NCBI GenBank assembly: GCA_027028545.1 | Contig: JALVIT010000028.1 | Location: forward strand, 1-42,213 | Reading direction: 5' to 3' | Length of the DNA stretch: 42,213 bases | From: Desulfurococcales archaeon | GTDB taxonomy: Archaea > Thermoproteota > Thermoprotei_A > Sulfolobales > Desulfurococcaceae | Shown here: piece by piece, positions 37,374 to 42,213 of the stretch | Numbering within the stretch: the first letter of the stretch is position 1 | Layout: each line of letters starts with the position of its first letter | The notes under the pieces: model-generated | The model's input: only the letters and a program-made list of their open reading frames with translations | The model's database searches: none | What the model was told of the DNA's origin: nothing | Translations under genes and position numbers: made by a program

Positions 37374-38834
37374 CTATACTTGTTTATATGCTGGTATTGA
37401 TGGATTTATGAACCCTATTATCGGGATCGGTATCCATTCTGGACGGTATTTCGACTCATAGTAGATCTCGTATAACGCCCTCTCAATAAGCCATGGTAGC
37501 AGGTAATCGTTAAACCTCTCCATGAGATCACTCCATTCAATACCGTGTAGATATGTTGTCCCCGTTGCAGCTATGTATGATATGCTCATACTGAGGCTAT
37601 GACGCATCCTCCAATTCCACGTTGCATCGTTTCTGACCAGGTGTCTAGCGGCTGTATGTATGTTTAGCCTTCTAACCTCCATATATGTCATAAATGATAG
37701 GTATTGTAGGCTTCTGATCATTGTTGCTAGATCCCTTAATGGAGGCTCCTTCATAACCCTCTCTTCATCGCTTCTACCAGGTTCCCCCTCGAAGTCTGTT
37801 ATTATGAATTTATCTCTATCTTCTACATAGATCATCTGTGCTAGGTGTAGGTCTTGATGTATTCTAGCCTTATTTCTCCCACGGTATAGCTCCATGTATT
37901 TTATAGCGTATTCAAGTATTTTACCTCCTTTCTCCTCCATCAGTTGTCTCCAGTAGTCGGTTTTCATATATTCCCTCTTCTTATCGGTCTCCGATAGTAG
38001 TTTGTCTAGCCTTTTCATAACGATATCATATCTATTCATGATCCTCTTAATCCACAATTCTACGTCTTTACCGGTTATAGGCTCTATACCGAAGAATCCT
38101 CTATCGGTGGGCTTATTGAGCCTGAAGTGGAGATCAGCTATGATCGCTCCAAGCTTACTGGCTAATCCAAGCCTTAAACCACTAGATCTATCGCCGGTGA
38201 AGTATTTCTTACATGCTAGATAGAATGGATAACCCCCATCACCTATGCCGTGAATATACCCGGTTATAATAGATACAGTTCTGTCCCTAAGCTTTGCTAT
38301 AAAGTATAGCTTAGGAATATGTTTAAACCTCTCCCTAGTCAGCTTACTAAGCATTAGAGGCTCCATATTCACAGCTGGTATAAGCCTATAACCCTTAACA
38401 ACTATAGAGTCGCCCCCCTCAAGATAATGTCTGGCTAGTACATTAGTTGTTTCAAGGGATAATGGTTCAACCTTCACTGGTCTACCCATTAGCCGATAGT
38501 AGTCCTCTAATACAATATCTGGATTATCATGTAGCATTTGCAGATATTCCTGATCGAACTCTGCCTCATAGATATATCTGCCATCTAAGGTGATGATCCT
38601 CTCATCGGGTAAATACTGTGGTTTATCACCCCTGATCACGAGAGGTAGGTAAAAAAGATTATTGTCAACACCCAGTATGGTGAAAACATTATTGTCAACA
38701 CTTCTAAAATACTCTAAACTAATCTCCCTCCTCTCCCCCGACCAGGGCCACCATCTAAAGCCCGGTAGTTTATCCTCTAATATCGTTTTAAGGGTTTCCA
38801 GATCTATGCCTTCCAGTCTTAAACACCTATCCAT
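37374..38834 (-). CDS. maltokinase-like (Mak/Pep2 family) phosphotransferase
   Basis: Kinase core IHQDLHLAQMIYV...FIITDFEGEPGRSDEER...PPLRDLATMIRSLQY and N-terminal RWWPWSGER, matching the Mak signatures HGDLHLGQ / DFEGEP / RWFxxK as I recall them. Confidence 0.65.
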   Translation of the reverse strand: MDRCLRLEGIDLETLKTILEDKLPGFRWWPWSGERREISLEYFRSVDNNVFTILGVDNNLFYLPLVIRGDKPQYLPDERIITLDGRYIYEAEFDQEYLQMLHDNPDIVLEDYYRLMGRPVKVEPLSLETTNVLARHYLEGGDSIVVKGYRLIPAVNMEPLMLSKLTRERFKHIPKLYFIAKLRDRTVSIITGYIHGIGDGGYPFYLACKKYFTGDRSSGLRLGLASKLGAIIADLHFRLNKPTDRGFFGIEPITGKDVELWIKRIMNRYDIVMKRLDKLLSETDKKREYMKTDYWRQLMEEKGGKILEYAIKYMELYRGRNKARIHQDLHLAQMIYVEDRDKFIITDFEGEPGRSDEERVMKEPPLRDLATMIRSLQYLSFMTYMEVRRLNIHTAARHLVRNDATWNWRMRHSLSMSISYIAATGTTYLHGIEWSDLMERFNDYLLPWLIERALYEIYYESKYRPEWIPIPIIGFINPSIPAYKQV

Positions 38835-38835
38835 C

Positions 38836-39348
38836 CTACACTTTCTCGAGTATCTTAACTATTTTCTCAACCTCATTTATGAATTCGTCTATGGTTTTTA
38901 TCTCTCCACTCTCTATTAGTGCTGAGAGATACTTATCCCCTAGGCTTGATCTAAGCCATTCGACGAGATATTTCCTCTTAACATGCTCCATGAATACCTC
39001 TGGCTCTACGAGCCCGTATTTAAGTATTGCTAGTAGTTGTTTATGGTTTCTAACCCTCAATGGAACTGGTGTACCGGTGTTTGGATCTGTTATTATGTAT
39101 TCTGGGATCTTCTCGGGGGGTAGTGATCTTAGGGATATTATTGTCTCCTTCAGTAGACGCCCCTTATTAGTTAATATAAATATGTTTGATGGATATCCAG
39201 CCCTCTTAACAAATCCCCTAGCTTCTAATACGTTTAGATACTTCTTTATAGATGATGACGCCAGCCCTGTGCTCTCCTTTAATTCTTCTAGGGTTGCTTT
39301 ATCATCGTGAAAATGTATGAGTAGCTTATAGTATGCGGGTTTATCCAA
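38836..39348 (-). CDS. winged-helix transcription regulator (N-terminal wHTH plus unknown C-terminal domain)
   Basis: ATLEELKESTGLASSSIKKYLNVLEARGFVKR is an HTH pattern. The stop lies 1 nt before the start of the maltokinase-like gene. Confidence 0.6.
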   Translation of the reverse strand: MDKPAYYKLLIHFHDDKATLEELKESTGLASSSIKKYLNVLEARGFVKRAGYPSNIFILTNKGRLLKETIISLRSLPPEKIPEYIITDPNTGTPVPLRVRNHKQLLAILKYGLVEPEVFMEHVKRKYLVEWLRSSLGDKYLSALIESGEIKTIDEFINEVEKIVKILEKV

Positions 39349-39480
39349 TACTTGTTCACCGTTGACCTAGTTCTACATTATTTTATCTGGTAGTTGATGT
39401 AGTATTAAAACATTATGATACCCATATGTTTTCCATATCAAAAATACTTATTATTTGTCTATCATAATTATATGTTTAGA

Positions 39481-40740
39481 TCAGGATTGTGCAGTCAGTA
39501 TTTTCTCAGTGTTAACCGTTCTAGATGCTATATATAGTATGACTATACTAGCTATAGCCAATACTAGTATGTGTAGGAATGATCTAAGGGTATATCCCAG
39601 AATATACGCTTGTATGACGAGTATACTATGTGTATATGGTATAAGGTATAGGGGTGTTAAGACATCGCCGGGAAGCTTAATATAGTCCACATAGAACCCT
39701 GTAAAGAAGAATATTAGGGCTACAATAGTCACTATACCAACAATATTAGATGCACTACGAATACCCCTAGTCCTAGTTATAAAGGGCAAAGCTATACTGA
39801 TCGTTACAAGTATGGTGAAGAAGGCTGTTATAGCGTGAAGCCCTATTAGGAGGGGGTCAACTATCAATGTAAAGGATACGCCTAGGGCTAGGCTGAAGGA
39901 TGCCATGTAGACTAGGAGACCGGCTATATCTGCTAAAGCAGTTATCAATCCGAGGATGGTTGCAGCGATGAGTTTAGCCCATATAACCGTTTGGGGGGAT
40001 ACTGGTGCTGCTAGTAGTAGCTCGATAGTCTTCCTCTCCCTCTCACCAATAATACCATCAATGACGAAGCTGGCTGCAGGTGTTACTACGAAGCTGAATC
40101 CGAGGACTAGTATCCGTGCAAACATGTTCCTATAGACTATTTCGGGGCTAACCTTCTGCCCAAATGTTCCAACGATCCTCGTATAGGCTGAAACCGGTTT
40201 TCTGAGGGCTTCAGGCTTTATCGTGGTGTTGAGGAGTCTAGATAATGCGTTTATCTTCGCATCCGATATGTTCTGGGAGAAGTAATCTATTATACTATAG
40301 ATCGTGGCCTCCGCTCTAGCAGCTGCCTGAACGCCAGCCTTCCTAAGAACTATGATCTTAGCTGTGCTATTTAAACTTGAAGCGTTGACTGTAAATCCCT
40401 CCGGAACTATAACAGCTAGATCTATGCGTGGATTCTCAACAACATCCCTATTCTCGGCTATCGTTACATTATAGCCGTATCTCTCCAGATACCTTGTCAG
40501 GTTTTCAACGATCCATTTAGATGATAGAGTTATATTTAGAAGGTTATTGGTGTACGTCTCCCTGTCGAGATCCACTATCGCTATATTAACTGTTTGCTGC
40601 TCGATCAATGCCAGACCCATTAATCCTATTAATGGTAGACTTATTAATGGTAGCAGTATGCTTGTAAACAAGGTCTTCCGGTCACGGTATAGGTCTAGAA
40701 GCTCCTTCCATAGGAGGGTTTTCATCTCGCCGGTGATCAT
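39481..40740 (-). CDS. ABC-2 type transporter permease
   Basis: 419 aa: N-terminal TM, a large extracytoplasmic loop, then five C-terminal TM helices. The start overlaps the stop of the ATPase gene. Confidence 0.75.
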   Translation of the reverse strand: MITGEMKTLLWKELLDLYRDRKTLFTSILLPLISLPLIGLMGLALIEQQTVNIAIVDLDRETYTNNLLNITLSSKWIVENLTRYLERYGYNVTIAENRDVVENPRIDLAVIVPEGFTVNASSLNSTAKIIVLRKAGVQAAARAEATIYSIIDYFSQNISDAKINALSRLLNTTIKPEALRKPVSAYTRIVGTFGQKVSPEIVYRNMFARILVLGFSFVVTPAASFVIDGIIGERERKTIELLLAAPVSPQTVIWAKLIAATILGLITALADIAGLLVYMASFSLALGVSFTLIVDPLLIGLHAITAFFTILVTISIALPFITRTRGIRSASNIVGIVTIVALIFFFTGFYVDYIKLPGDVLTPLYLIPYTHSILVIQAYILGYTLRSFLHILVLAIASIVILYIASRTVNTEKILTAQS

Positions 40741-41480
40741 TTCCTTCCACCAACCCTCTCTATAGCGGATACAAATGCCTCTTCGAGGTTTAATACATTA
40801 TATCTCTCCTTAACCTCTTCAACACTTCCAGAATCTATGATCCTACCATTATGTATGAATGCTATCCTATCACAAAGGTATTCAACCTCAAGCATGTTGT
40901 GACTACTCAATACAACTGATGAACCTGTCTCCGATACATATTTCTTGATCATCCTCCTAACCCTCACGGAAGCATATACATCCAGACCACTTGTTGGTTC
41001 GTCGAGTATTGCTAGATGAGGTTTCCTCATCAATACTAGTGCTAGTAGTAGTCTCCTCTTCATACCCTTACTATATTCTCCAGCCCTCCTCTCAAGATCA
41101 TCTCCTAGACCGCTAAGTTTTGCTCCGAATCTAACAGTCTCTTCAACGTTTTCAATGTCGTATAGTCTAGCGTAGAATAATAGGTGTTCGTAGCCTGTTA
41201 GACGGGTGTACACATCAGCCTCTTCTGGTAGGTATCCGATGTATTTCCTAGCATTGATGGGATCCTTAACAACATCTACCCCATTAACAAAGATCGAACC
41301 CCTGGTTGGTTTAAGTAGTGTTGCTATCATTCTTAGGGTTGTTGTCTTACCAGCACCATTTGGACCGATCAATCCAAAGATCTCCCCGCTGTGAACCCTA
41401 AACGATACCCCTTTAACAGCATGCACCTTACCATCATAGATCTTATGTATATCCTCTACGATGAGAACCTCTCTAACCAT
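40737..41480 (-). CDS. ABC transporter ATP-binding protein
   Basis: Walker A GPNGAGKTT, signature-like YSKGMKRRL, Walker B LAILDEPTSGLD, H-loop SSHNM. Confidence 0.92.
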   Translation of the reverse strand: MVREVLIVEDIHKIYDGKVHAVKGVSFRVHSGEIFGLIGPNGAGKTTTLRMIATLLKPTRGSIFVNGVDVVKDPINARKYIGYLPEEADVYTRLTGYEHLLFYARLYDIENVEETVRFGAKLSGLGDDLERRAGEYSKGMKRRLLLALVLMRKPHLAILDEPTSGLDVYASVRVRRMIKKYVSETGSSVVLSSHNMLEVEYLCDRIAFIHNGRIIDSGSVEEVKERYNVLNLEEAFVSAIERVGGRK

Positions 41481-41623
41481 TCTACCAGCCTACACCCATA
41501 TCCCTTAATACTATGGTGTTATCGTGGTCTTATCTATTGTATTACCGGGTTATTATCCTAAAACCCTATCTGCATAGAGTATATATATTTGATCGCGTCG
41601 TTAAATATTGTTAGGGATGTCTA

Positions 41624-42213
41624 TTGGATAACCTAGTTAGATTGAGGGTTTTCGATTTCCTTAGGAATTATGGAGATAAGGGTTTTCTCGTGCTAAAAAC
41701 AATTACTGATCTAGCATTTGACCCATCAATAGATCATAGGCTTGGAGACTTCAACTATAGGCTCCTAGTTATGAGGCTTAGAAGGCAGGGTATAGACTAT
41801 AACCCAGCAAATATTCTAAGGATACTCGAGAAGGATTATGGACTGATAGAGAAGAGCTATGATACGAGGAGGCATAAGTGGTGGAGGCTAATAGATCCCG
41901 AGACTACCCGTAGAGCATTATACGAATACACCGGTTCAGCATCTATAAACGATCCACGGATGAGGATACTATTACTAAAATATAAGAGTATGGAGCCGGG
42001 AAGAATCCTTACAACGCTCAGAAAACTATCAGTTAAACCAATGCTGAATAGTGTCGATAAAGAGGTTTACCGCAGCATAGTGTTCAAGAAACTTGATAGG
42101 CTAGCCGTTATTATGGAGGAGATGATGAAGTATAGTGAAGTCTTCGTAAATGAGCTGAATATACTAGAGGAAATATTTACACTAGCTGAGAGGATCGCGG
42201 AGAAGATCGAGGG
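41624..42213 (+). CDS. hypothetical protein, partial (runs off the window end)
   Basis: My own translation gives a frame open from 41615 to the window end, with the first candidate start TTG at 41624 (LDNLVRLRVFDFLRNYGDKGF...). It is absent from the ORF track because no stop is reached. The N-terminus is wHTH-like. Confidence 0.45.
   Translation, partial: MDNLVRLRVFDFLRNYGDKGFLVLKTITDLAFDPSIDHRLGDFNYRLLVMRLRRQGIDYNPANILRILEKDYGLIEKSYDTRRHKWWRLIDPETTRRALYEYTGSASINDPRMRILLLKYKSMEPGRILTTLRKLSVKPMLNSVDKEVYRSIVFKKLDRLAVIMEEMMKYSEVFVNELNILEEIFTLAERIAEKIE

Overview
This window looks like chromosomal DNA from a hyperthermophile-type crenarchaeon, possibly Desulfurococcales-like. The evidence is aIF/aEF genes, CDC48, Rio1/Dim2/NMD3, a tRNA intron with a bulge-helix-bulge (BHB) motif, TATA-like boxes and GGTGA-type ribosome binding sites. 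GC is moderate by eye, with clearly more AT-rich islands at 1-1800 and 9100-10200.

Layout, left to right:
- 1-1710: an AT-rich island of small unknown ORFs, including a PIN-like ORF broken by two in-frame TAA codons.
- 1830-7152: housekeeping genes (CDC48, aEF-1beta plus Zn-ribbon, Pth2, TruD, NusA-like KH).
- About 7200-7485: a GC-rich segment with no credible ORF, probably a structured RNA of about 290 nt that I cannot classify.
- 8107-10389: tRNA-Val(GAC), a PPC/DUF296 gene, a free-standing LAGLIDADG endonuclease-like ORF, and an intron-containing tRNA-Trp(CCA).
- 11631-15325: the conserved aIF2beta-DUF424-NMD3-aIF1A-Rio1-Dim2 translation/ribosome-biogenesis cluster.
- 15463-19711: a MiaB/MtaB-type methylthiotransferase, an MscS-like channel and TrkAH.
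- 19843-30413: the most unusual part, a same-strand envelope block. It holds two divergent OPT-like paralogs, a 1471-aa fusion of an apparently non-catalytic M28/PA peptidase-like ectodomain to a MacB/FtsX-type permease with no partner ATPase, and a membrane-anchored surface protein.
- 30509-39348: an eight-gene operon-like alpha-glucan array (wHTH regulator, maltokinase-like kinase, two GH57 enzymes, glycogen synthase, a PqqD-like protein and two unknowns).
- 39481-42213: an ABC-2 transporter pair and a partial ORF.

I saw no CRISPR array, rRNA or transposase. All family assignments come from reading motifs in the translations; no searches were run.
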